This document shows, one piece after another, positions 41,106 to 52,535 of a DNA stretch of 64,000 nt. The notes under the pieces were generated by a model. The model saw only the letters and a list, made by a program, of their open reading frames with translations, was not told the DNA's origin and searched no databases. The DNA comes from Camelus dromedarius (lineage: Eukaryota). Every line of letters begins with the position of its first letter. Within the stretch, counting starts at the first letter, position 1. The stretch covers positions 48,486,001-48,550,000 of the forward strand of contig NC_087447.1 of assembly GCF_036321535.1 (NCBI RefSeq). Direction: 5' to 3'. Made by a program: the position numbers and the translations under genes.

Positions 41106-41719
41106 GACGAGCCCAAGCTCTTCTTCACCAACTCAACGCTGGCCCCAAAACCTAAGCTGTAGCCTCCCGCCATCCCTTCCCAAGGCGCTTGCGTTCTCCG
41201 GCAACCGGCGCCGCTGGGCAGCTTGGGAGGCAGAAACAAGCACCTCTTCCTCTAACAGTCCCGGGAAGAAATGAGAAAGGAAGGCGCCAAGACTCCTTCC
41301 CTCCAATAGACTACAACACCCAGGATGCTTTGCTACACTACCTCTGCGGGGCTGGATGCTGTCGCCTCCAGCTGCGCAAGCGCAAAGGGACAAGCTCTTT
41401 GAGGACTCCATTGCCCAGAGTGCATTGCCTTCAGGAGCGCTCCTGTTTCCGGCGAGGGTCGTCGAGTTCTCCGCTTGGGGCCTGAGGGGTCAGAGACTCC
41501 GTTACCCAGCTCCCTTTGTGGAGCGCTGTTGCGCACTTCCGGTGGAAGCGCTGAGGCGAGGGGGTGGGGTTTGCGGAGCCGGTGGGCGGTGCTGCCGGTA
41601 GCTGGGTGCTGTCCAAAGGCGACAGGGCGTCGCTAGGGGAGCGAGCTGTGACCGGTTGGGCCGCACTCAGCGTGGGACGAAGCTTCTGCTACTGTGCGAC
41701 TACCCGCGGCCTCCTCTTC

Positions 41720-41820
41720 ATGTCGGCCCTCGAGAAGAGCATGCACCTCAGTCGCCTGCCCTCTCGCCCTCCTCTACCCGGCAGCGGGGGCAGTCAGAGC
41801 GGAGCCAAGATGCGAATGGG
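41720..41820 (+). CDS. PPME1: PPME1 (PP2A methylesterase PME-1) coding exon 1, MSALEKSMHLSRLPSRPPLPGSGGSQSGAKMRMG, 101 nt
   Basis: Peptide recognised as the PME-1 N-terminus; donor GG|GTACGT at 41821; exon 2 (PGRKRDFSPVPW...) not found in the window. Confidence 0.96.
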
Positions 41821-43907
41821 GTACGTGACCCGTCCCCCTTCTCCCTAGAGACCAGGCCCCGGCCATTGGAGAATGGTGTCTCTGGGCGTTTAGAGCGGCA
41901 TGACAAGGGAGGGTGAGGATAGAGAGAATGTTGGCGCCGGCCTGGACATGTTTAGATGAAGTAAAAGGCAGATCTGGGGACTAGGGGAGGCGCCAAGTCA
42001 ATGGAAATTGGAGGACAAATAGTATTGGAGGGCGAAGGGAATGAGGCAAAGATTAAGGAAGCTGAGAGGATAGTTTAAGAGATGTAGGAGGCACCGCCAG
42101 AAGAAGGGGTAGAGGAGGTTTGAAGAAAGGGAGAAGAGCGGCGACAAAGAGTTGGGGGGAAATCTGCCAGGGAGGGTTAAGGGAAAAGGGAAGTAATTGA
42201 GAGAAGAGTTGAGGAGAATTAGAAGAACTAGGGAAAGATTTGGGAGGACTAAGAAGACTGTGAGAACTAGCTATTAGGGGAAAAAAAGCTGAGGGAAACA
42301 GAGAACACCTGAGGCACAGTTAGAGAAGGAAAGAGAACTAGGAAGCAGAAGGTTCTGGAGAGAGTACCTAGAAGTGTAAGAGGCAGATTCAGGGAGTGAA
42401 TGAACGGGTGACTTAGAGATGAGGTCTCTTAAGGGATACTGAGAAAGTGTGGGGAGCAGGCCTAAGGAAAGATGGAGAACAGCCAAGAAGACTGTTGGGG
42501 GTGACAGGGATGTGCTGAGAAGTGAGGGTAACGGAATAAGGGGAGGAGTGGTGAGGAAGAGGGCTTAGTGACCATGGGCTCCAGAGATTGAGAAACGACT
42601 AGGAATAAGATGTAGTGAATGTTAAGTGCTGCAGAGGTAAGGTCTGGGAAGCTTAAAGAGGAAGATTTGGGTAGTTGATTTTTGCTAGGCAAATGGGTCT
42701 GATGGAAGCTAAGTACTGGTCTGATAAGATTCAGAATTAATGAAGCATCGAGAGTAACCACTTAAAATGTTTGAGGGAGAAACTTTTCTTCATTGGGAAG
42801 GGTGGAGCTGGGTTGGCTTTTGTAATTTTAGATTGTTGAATGGCTTGATCCAGATTAGGAGATACTAAGGTGTAGGAGAGAGTATAATGAGTTGAACTGG
42901 GAGAGATAATTACTAGAAAGCAGAGATAAATAAACAAGCAGTTGGTTTTGAGGGGTATTTGTAGTATCAGATAGATTTCTGGAGACTAGTGACTGTAAAG
43001 AGAAAAGGGGTAGGGAAAAATACTTAGGTATGAGGTAGTCAAGAGTGTGTGGATTCTAGAGATAGAATATTCTTGGAATAAGGACTAGAGAAGAAAAACC
43101 TTAGGTTCTGAATAAGTAACATGTACAAAAACTGATCAAAAAGGAGATGAAGGTAGGAGATGCAGTACTGTGAAAGCAGGTCCTAAGAATGAAGAGAAAG
43201 GAGAATCCTATAAATTAGAACAGTGGGGTGAAGGGGTTGTGAGAATGATTGGAAAAACCAGGGAAGAAAACTAAGAATTGAAGTGGAGACCTGACTATGA
43301 TACATAGTAGAAAAATGAGAAAACCTTGACAGGAGAAGATAGGTGGATGGATGCACAGTACAAAGAGGTGGTAGAAAGCTACATATAAGGTAAAATGAGG
43401 ATTGATTTGGCATTGGAAGACAGAAAGGTAGGACTGTAACATGATTAAGGAGAATCTGGAAGCTGATCCATAACAGATTATTTGGGAAAATTAACCTGGA
43501 GTATACAGTTAATGTAACATTTATTTTTGATATGTATCTTAGTTGCTGCCTTTCTTAAACTAAACTTTGATCTTTCAGTACTCTTCTGTAAAAATGTATA
43601 AAAATATTAGCTTTTTAATAACTATACATGCTTCAGATAAGTTTAACTAGAGCTTAGATTCTCACTTTGTCAGAATAAGTTCTCTGAAGATGAACTGAAG
43701 GAAAATACTAAGAGAAAATAAAATCTACTGATTAGAGGATTGTTAGTAACTTAACCTCTTTGAATAGGTGCTTTGGTTTCCTTAATTTAGGTTAACTGCT
43801 TATCCTAAAATAAAATTCTTTAAAAAGATGCTTCTTTGTAGTATTGTGAACAGAAGAGCATATGTTGGTGAATTTTATGTGATCCTCATGTGGCTTATTT
43901 TCCTGTA

Positions 43908-44251
43908 TTTTTTTTTTTTTTTTTGGTCTTGCCCCACTTAATTTTTTAATTATTTATTTTACTTTTTTACACCTTTATTGTGGTATGGTTCCTGTATGGT
44001 AAATTACACATATTTCAAATGTACAATTTGGTGAATTCTGATGGATGTATACAGCAGTGAAACCACCACCACAGTCAAGATAGCTAACATTTCCATCACT
44101 CCCCAAGAGGTTCAAATTTCCAATTCCCAATTCATCCCTTCTCATCCCCTTTACTTCCTGGTAAATAAGTTTATTCTCTGTGTCTGTGAGTCTGTTTGTT
44201 TTGTAGATAAATTCATTTGTGTCCTTTTTTTTAGATTCTACGTATAAGCGA
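43908..44251 (-). mobile_element. 5'-truncated L1 with hybrid 3' end and short 3' transduction
   Basis: TSD ttattttcctgtatttt at 43895-43911 and 44252-44268; poly(T) 43908-43924. Confidence 0.85.
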
Positions 44252-45276
44252 TTATTTTCCTGTATTTTCTACTTCCTTATTGGAATATAGGCATGCCTGT
44301 AAGTCTAATGTTAGTGATAATACAGACTCTCTCCCCCTTAGAATCATAAAGCTAGAAGAGAGCTTTGAAATGATCTTACCACTTCACTGTATAGTTGAGG
44401 AAACTGAGACTTGGAGAAATCTGCATTCTGTAAGGTAAACTAAGAGGCAGGGGACTGTATTTTCTCTAACTAAATAGGAAAACTGAAATTCAAACCTTCC
44501 TCATACTAAGGCACCTTAGAAACTTACTGGTAGGGTCAGCTAGGACTGGGACTTGGGTCTCTTGACTCTGAGACCCATTGTGTTTTTTGGATTCATAGTT
44601 GTTATTGTTGGCAATACTTAATTTGAGTTGTGTATCTTATTCCTTTGCGAATACTCTAGGATTCAGTCTTCCTTTTTCCTCAGTCAGACCTTGTTGGGCC
44701 TGTTCCTTTGACAGTCCCTTATAAGACTGTCTCTTTTGAATATTTTTCATAATCTCTTATTTTCAATTTCAGTAAACCTTATTTACATGTGTTTGTGTAT
44801 TCAGGGTGGTTTTGAGTTTTTGGTTATTCTTGAGTTTGCATAATTTAGTTTTTCCAATTGGATTTCATAATTCCAGAGTATTGCTGGATAAAGCAATAAT
44901 AGCAATTACTTTTTCTTTTTCAATTATTACTATGTGCCAGTCATTGTGATAGTAGCTTTATGTATGTTATTTTATTTAATCTGCCCACACCATTGCAGGG
45001 TAGATATTTCCATTCATTGGTAAGTAAGGAAATACAGACTTTGAGATTAAAGATCACTCAAGTAGTATGTGGCAGAATCAGGATCCAATCTAAGTTTAGT
45101 TTCTTGAGTCCATTTGCTTTTCAGAACACCAACACTCTCTTGAATAAGGCCTGAAATCCTGGTTTTATTGTTCCTTGATAGATGTAGGCCAGTAGATGAT
45201 GCTGCAAACAGTGGTTTTGAACTTTTTAATTAAACCTTTTGGAGGTATTCTGATTTTAGAGCCCTATTTGCAACTG

Positions 45277-45613
45277 GTATTAGTCTGTTAGGGTTGCCAT
45301 AACAAAAAAATACCCATTTTTTTTTTTTCTCAGAATTCTGGAGGCTAAGAAGTCCAAGATCAAGGCATCAGTAGACTCTGTGTCTGATGAGGACCACTTT
45401 TTGGTTCTTAGATGGCAGTATTCTGTGTCCTTATGTGGCGGAAGGGGGAAAGAAGCTCTGTAGGGTCTCTTTTATAAGAGTACTAAGCCCATTTATGAGG
45501 ACTACCTCATGACCTTATCACCTCCCAATGGCTCTTCCTTCAAATACTATCACATAGGGGGTTAGGATTTCATGTGAATTTTGTGGGGACACAAAAATGT
45601 TCAGTCTGTAACA
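45277..45613 (-). mobile_element. MaLR LTR (MLT1A-like)
   Basis: gtattagtctgttagggttgccataaca..ttctggaggct..aagtccaagatcaagg..ggggacaca..ttcagtctgtaaca. Confidence 0.8.
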
Positions 45614-46449
45614 CCTGGTGTGCTTGAGGATGTTTTGAAAATCACTACTTTAGTACATTCCATTACCATTAGAGAGACTATAGGTTATTAAAATGATTCA
45701 TTTTTCAACATGTTTTTAGTTCACCATTAGTATTTTGTTTCTATAATTATCTCTTACACTTTTATAGTAGTTTGACATGTATATATTAGTGCTCTTTTAT
45801 ATTACTTCATGAGGTAAGTTAGGGCAAGGGTTAGTATTTTCTCTTAATGAGAAAACTCAAATGTTCATTGACTTGCCTAAGATCATAGAATCATTAAGTG
45901 GCAGAAATAAGACTGAAACTCAGACTTCAGATTTTCAGTCCATTGTTGTTCTTGTTATACCTTGGTGCAAAGAGATTGGTGTTTGAAGTGATAGAGATAT
46001 GAATTTGAAGCCTAGCTTGAGTATTTACTCCAGTCATTTAACCTCTCATAGTCTGTTTCCTAACTCTAAAACTGGGATAGTGCTGCTTACCTTAGAGTGC
46101 TGTGAGAATATATGTAAAAAGCAGTAATGCTTCCTGACACATAAGCTCTTAAGAAATGGTAACTAGTAAATTATTTTATGTTGAGAACTATGAGAAAACT
46201 CATTCTTTATGAAGTAGAAGTGCTCCTCTCAATATCTTATGATGTCAGCTTTTCCCCCTTGACCTCAAGCTGTGTATTTATTCATATCTGATCAGATAGT
46301 TTTTCATTCAACTATGTAAGTTTATTAGGAGCTGTTCACACAGAGAAATAAAGGGCAAAGTGGAGTGATTTGCTCAAGGTCACATATTGAGTTACTAAAA
46401 GAATTAAATCTTAGTGTTTCTATTTATGTTAATTATCAATTTCAGAAAA

Positions 46450-47010
46450 AATTAAGTTATAATTCACATACCTTAGAATTCACCATTTTAGAGTATATGG
46501 TTCAGTGATTTTTAGTATACAAGGTTGTACAATCACCACCTCTAATTCCAGAATATTTTCTTCATCCTGTAAGGAAACTACTTACCTGTTAGAAGTCACT
46601 CCCCTTCCCCCTGGCAGCCATTAATCTACTTTCTGTTTGCCTATTCTGGAGATACCATATAAGTAAAATCATACAATATGTGGCCTTTTGTGGCTGGCTT
46701 CTTTTACTTAGCATAATGTTTTCAAGTTTCATCCATGTCGTAGCATATATCAGTACTTTTTTTTTTGCTGAATGATATTCCATTGTATAGATACGCCACA
46801 ATTTATTCATCAGTTGCTGGACACTTGGGTTGCTTCCAGTGTTTTGCTATTTTCAATAATGCTGCTGTGAACATTCACGTGTAAGTCTCTGTGTGGAAGT
46901 ATGTTTGCATTTCTGTTAGGTAAATATCTAAGAATGGAATTGCTGAGCAGTATGGTAAATTATGTTTAACTTTTTAAGAAACTGCCAAAGTATTTTCCAA
47001 AGTAGCTATT
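46450..47010 (-). mobile_element. L1MB-like 3' end
   Basis: ORF 46589..46810 NKLWRIYTMEYHSA..ATTWMKLENIMLS is the ORF2 C-terminus. Confidence 0.85.
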
Positions 47011-48134
47011 TAAAGCTTTTTATGTAGTAGGAATGTTTTCTCTTTTTAAGTGTTAAAAATATTTTTCCAAGTTGCCTTTTTACTTTGCTTATGATATTTT
47101 TTGCCATGTAAAGAGTTCTGCTTAAAAATTTTAATGTACTCAAATCTATCTAATAAAATCCATTGCTTCCAGATATTGGATCACAGAAAGACATTTTCTT
47201 CTCCCAGGATATAAAGCAGTTCCTATATGTTTTTTTCCAGGATCTGTATGCTTTCTTTTTTTAAATCCATTTTAAGTTTATCTTGATGTGCAAAATGAGG
47301 AACAGATCCAATATTATCTTTATCCAGTATTATCTTTATCCATAGACTATCCAATTGTTGTAACACGGTTTATTAAAAAGTCATTTTCCCATTATGTGAA
47401 TTTCACCTCAATAAAAATCAGTCCTTTTCCCTACTGAATAAAATGACATCTTTATCATATATGAAATTTCTACATAGATTTGAGTCTGCTTATGAATTTT
47501 TTTCCTTTTCCATCAGCCTATTTTTGTGCCACTACTATGCTTTTAATTAGCGGTATTATTATGTTTTAGTAGATGGTAGAGGTGGCTTCATTTTTTAAGA
47601 TTTTCTTGGCTCCTTTTACTTGTTTATTCTTACAGATAAACTAACCAGCTACACTAGTGCCTGATAGTATTCTTATTGGCATTATATTAAATATGTGAAT
47701 TAACTTAGAATAAACATTTTTTATGATGTTGAGTCTTCCTTGAAGGAATATGGTGCTTTTCAATTTGTATGAATCCCTTTTGAAGGAAAAATATTTTACA
47801 TCCCAAGTACTGACACAAGTTATATTTAATGTTTTACATTATATTATATAAATATGTTAAATATGATAAAAACTTAGTGTTTAATATTATATTTAATGTT
47901 ACCTAAATATTTACAAAATAAAACTAGGGATAAGTTCCTGTGTATAAGAGTAAATTCCTTATTACTCTTACATAATTATACAACTCAACAGATTTATTAT
48001 TTAAGCACAACTAAACCTACAAAACTTCTCAAGTTCAGATTAACAAATTACAGCAATGTGAAATAATGTAATTTTCTGTTAACAATTGTGGTTTAAATGA
48101 AAATATTATCTATTAAAATAAATAATATTTATTA

Positions 48135-48525
48135 ATAGGAAGTTCAGAGTTTATTCAGTTATTCTTCTTTATTAATCAGGACCCAGGCTTTTTGCATCCT
48201 TTCTTTTGCCATCCGTAGAGATGTTGGCTTTTCCTTCTCTTGTTTGTCACATTATGGTTGCAGGATGGCTACTGCAACTCCACTTTCTTCTTACTTTTAT
48301 TGTCTCTCTCCAACTTAAAAGGAGGGAACAGGGGCAAAGGCCTTTTTCTATCTTGGTTTGTCACTTTTTTTATTTTCCAGGAAAGGGAAACAACACAGCA
48401 GATTTTCCCCTGAAGTCTCTTTGTCCAGAACTGGTTCACATGTATATCCTAAGACCAGACACTGGCAGTAGGGATTACTATGACTGGTTTAGACCAATTC
48501 TGATTCATTCCTCTGGGCTGGAGGA
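48135..48525 (-). mobile_element. Old MaLR LTR fragment (MLT1J/K-like)
   Basis: ggttgcaggatggct..ccagaactggttcacatg..gactggtttagaccaat; subfamily uncertain. Confidence 0.55.
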
Positions 48526-49102
48526 GAGATAACAAAAGATCTGAAGCAATTTAGAATTCCGTTAGGGAACTGAAAGTGGTGGGAAGTGGGAAAGGAATGT
48601 CTGGAGTAGAGAGTAAACAGCATCTGCCCCAAGTCCTGATGTTAGAAAGCAGGGGAAACTGATCAAATTCCCTACTGTTTTCATTGCAGCACAGATACAG
48701 GAAGTGATATCTCTCTTTCCCTTCCTCCCCCATTTTCTCCCTCTGCCCCCTTATGCCAGCTTTGAGCCCCTTGATCTGAGAGCACTTCTGAGTGAATGTC
48801 CATTTTTCCATTGTTGCTAGACTTACTGTCAGCAACTGTTTCTTTTTAGTGTCTCCAAAATTGGGTAATTGGAATTTTTTTTTAACCTAATGAGCCTTTC
48901 TTGTTATGTTACTTGGTGTCAGATTTGAGAAAACACCTCTGGTTGATTAGGAAAAACTTTCCTTCATACTATGCAATAGTTTCTTTTAGAGAAGAAAGTT
49001 TTAATTAATAGCAGTATCAAAAGGATGGTCCACTTATGTGCCACACTTAGATGTTGTTCATATACAGTACCGACAACCAGTCCCAAGCACATACTACTGA
49101 TA

Positions 49103-49559
49103 TAGTTGACCCTTGAACAGCAAGGCTTTGAACTGAGCGGGTCCACTTATACACAGATTTTTTTCCAATAGTGAATACATTTGACCCTTGAACAATAGGG
49201 AGTTGAGGTGCTGACCCTCCACACAGTGTAAAATCCACATACAACTTATAGTTGGCCCTCCATATACCTTGGTTCAGCATCTGCAGGTTCAACCAGTCTC
49301 CAATTGTGCAATATTTACTATTGAAAAAAATTCTTGTGTAAGTGGACCCACGCAGTTCATGCCTGTGTTGTTGAAGGGTCAGCTGTACTACACTACTACA
49401 CAATCAATGATTGGTTGAATTCATGTATGTGGAATCTTGAATATGGAGGGCCCGCAGATATGGAGGGCCAACTGTAAGTTATATATAGATTTTTCCATTG
49501 TGGGGAGGATCACCTCCACGTCCTGCCCCTCATCTTCTGCATTGTCCAAGGGTCAACTC
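49103..49559. mobile_element. Tigger2-family MITE with a second copy nested at 49178-49385
   Basis: Four TIRs related to cagttgacccttgaacaa, each flanked by TA. Confidence 0.85.
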
Positions 49560-52217
49560 TATATTTTGAAGATTGAATAAGAGATTATGTTGAAAATTCT
49601 AGTCATTCGAAGCCATAGTAGAAGGCTGGAGTTGTTTACTATCATTTCCTTTCCACCATACCACTGCGTATTCCCTTTGCCGTGGACTTTTTCCAGGTAT
49701 AAGTGGAAATCCTGTCTGCCACTAATAAGCCATGTGGCTTGGTAAAGTTATTTGTCCTCTTCCTGGGCCTCACAGTTGTGTAGAAGAAAGAACACTTTGG
49801 CACCAGACATGCTAGAGTATAAATCCAAGCTCCAGTGCTATGTAAAGTGGCTCTGCGTGAGTTACTTTACATCTCTGAGCCTGTATTTCTCCATCTTTAA
49901 AAGGGGGATATTTTTCTTGCAGAATTCATCACACTGCTTGATACATAATTGGCAGCTAATTACTTCCTTACATAAAGTAGTATTTGGGTTAGATGATCTC
50001 TAATAGTCTGATCCAGTACGTAGTTTTTAGAATCCAACTTTCCTGCTTTAATAAGGATGCCCTTATCAACAGTAATGAACACACCAAACTACCATGACTC
50101 CAGACAGCCATTTAGTTGCCTTCTTTCTATTCTTTCCATTCTCTTCAAAGTGTGCTAATGAGAACTTTTTTTCTTTTTTAAAATCAGTGGTGCCTTGATT
50201 TAAATAGCTGGCTGCAATTTCACTTCAGTATTTGTCTCCACAAGACTCCTAAACTGGGGCATTTGTGACAAAAGTGACTAGGTCGCTATTGTGCAGCTCA
50301 TGATTCATTAGTAACTCTTCTAACAGACTTAAGCAGCCTAATGGATGTTGAAGTGTATTATGCCTATTTGGATTTGACACATTCACTTAAAAACACAACT
50401 TACATTTCTTATTCCTTATTTTCTAAGTAGGCAGGGAAATTTTTTCCTCCCTCCCTCCTTTTCTTCTCTCTCTCTTCCTCTCCGTTATTTCCTTAGCAGT
50501 TAATATATAGCAGTCATATAAGTTAATTGGTTTTGGCATCATCACATAGTAGGCAAGGAGCGCATCCTCCATGCCCCAGCCTTGGATATAGCACTTATCT
50601 GTTTGACTTATAATTATTGGTCAGCTGTATACTCCTCAAGACTATGAGTTTCTTAAGGGTAGGAATTGTGTCTTAATTTCCCGGTGCCTAGCATGTTGTC
50701 TACTTAAGTGCTGACTGAATGAGAAAACCAAATCCTAGACCTATTTAGCCTCATTTTATAAGAAAAACCTTATTTCCTCACCAGTTCCATTAAGATGGCA
50801 TAACTAAAGCTACAGTCCCTTTCTTCTGAAAGCTATTTCACTTCATAAAATAATAGAATCTGTACTTTATTTCAACACTGGCGTTTAGGTAAAGTGTGTT
50901 ATATTTACAAATACTTTGGCTTAATTTGAGATTTAAAATACTCATGTGGTTGAAACTCATGCTTGGAATTAGTCTCTTACATGTAAAGAGTCATGCCTGT
51001 TTCTTACTTTTATTTTATCAAAATTTAACAGTTTATCTCTTCCTCTGTCATTCCCCAAACCTGAAAGCAAGTCCACTAGTATAAGAGAGCAAATGTCAAT
51101 TAGCAATTATACTCTAACAAGTGTAGGGATGAGAACAAACACTCAGCTGTTAAAAGCTAGCATTAAAAGCTCTCCATAGTCATGTCCTAGGCAATGTCAA
51201 CATTTTACGTTTCTCGAGGAAGAAGATGATACAGAAAGTTGTTTTTGAGGAGAGGGATGATAGAAATGTGGAATCATTATTTAAGTAGTAAAGCTATATA
51301 ATGGTAACTTATTTACTGGATTTCATATATTTGAAGATACATTTCTTTTCATATTTAAAATGATAATGTCTTAACAATTGCTACTGGTCAGGTAAGCTCT
51401 AACTTGATTCTCATTGCCTGTACATGAGTAAACACCGTGACCAGAATCAAAACTCACAAAATAGGTGTTGGCAGCTTGGAAGAAAATCCTGGAGACAAAA
51501 GTGGAGCATTCTTTTAATCACTAAGAACTGAATGGTTATGAGGAGGGACAGGTGTTCAGTCACATGGATTAAGCAGTATTTCTAAAGTGAGAATCAAAAG
51601 TAAGATAGCTCTCTCTATATAATGGTAAAGTCAGCATATGAGCAAGTATTTAGTTTTAAGAGGCACTCTATCACCAATGTTCTTGTGAGGCACACAGGAC
51701 TATATTAGAGTGATTCAGAAGGGAGTAGGATTCTTAGTATGAGGTATTTTATTTTGCTCTCATTTTCCTTTTTCTATATACCCATAAGTGATGAATTGAT
51801 ATAAGTATAAAAGAGCTCTTTCAAGAAATATAAAATGAATTCTAAATGATTAAAGTGTGTCATACTTTAATTGGTAGCTCTTTTTTTTTAGTGGTACATA
51901 AAATTATAATTCATCTTACAGTTGATGGTGCCTTGTATATACAGTATTTTATCTATTCTAACAACTAGATTGTGATCTATTTTGCTTAACCTTCACTAAT
52001 TTAATTGTAAACTCCTTTTGTATTTTATTTACTTGCCTCACAGTGGTTAGCACACAGGAGCTCAACAAACATTTGATCAATGAATGGATAATGCTCAGAC
52101 ACATGATTTTTTTTCCAACAGTTTCAAATTGTGCATCCTGAATTTAGTAGGAAAGTAAATGGGAGGTAGGAGCCAAACTTGTTGAGCATAGAAGTAAGAT
52201 TTAAAAACTGATTATTG

Positions 52218-52535
52218 TGGGAGGGTATAGCTCAAGTGGTAGAGCACATGCTTAGCATGCACAAGGTCCTGGATTCAATCCCCAGTACCTCTTTTAAAAA
52301 TAAGCAAACCTAATTACCTTCCCAACCAGAATAAAATAATTAAATAATACAATAATAAATAAATAAAGTGTAAAAACAAAAAAAAACAAGAAGAAGCTTT
52401 GAAAGGGGGGAGGGTCTATCTCAAGTGGTAAAGCACATGCTTAGCATGCACAAGGTCCTGGGTTCAATCCCCAGTACCCCCTCTAAAAATAAATAATTAG
52501 ATCTAATCACCCCCCAAATAATAAAAAAAAAAAAA
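52218..52535 (+). mobile_element. Tandem pair of Vic-1-type SINEs (monomers at about 52218 and 52405) inside one TSD
   Basis: Two gggagggt..tcaagtggta..gcacatgcttagcatgcacaaggtcctgg.ttcaatccccagtacc units; ctgattattg at 52208-52217 and 52537-52546. Confidence 0.9.

Larger units (their letters stand above)
40960..41945. promoter_or_regulatory. CpG island and bidirectional promoter of C2CD3/PPME1
   Basis: Only CpG-dense, GC-rich block in the window; no TATA seen; CCAAT 41303-41307; ZNF143-like sites at 41310, 41405, 41496; NRF1-like TGCGCAAGCGCA 41373-41384; ETS/GABP ACTTCCGGTGGAAG 41535-41548. Confidence 0.9.

Noticed and set aside
41133..41616. Overlapping 60-98 aa ORFs across the promoter on both strands
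   Set aside because: Expected in GC-rich, stop-poor DNA; most use non-ATG starts or begin among promoter motifs; no recognisable protein
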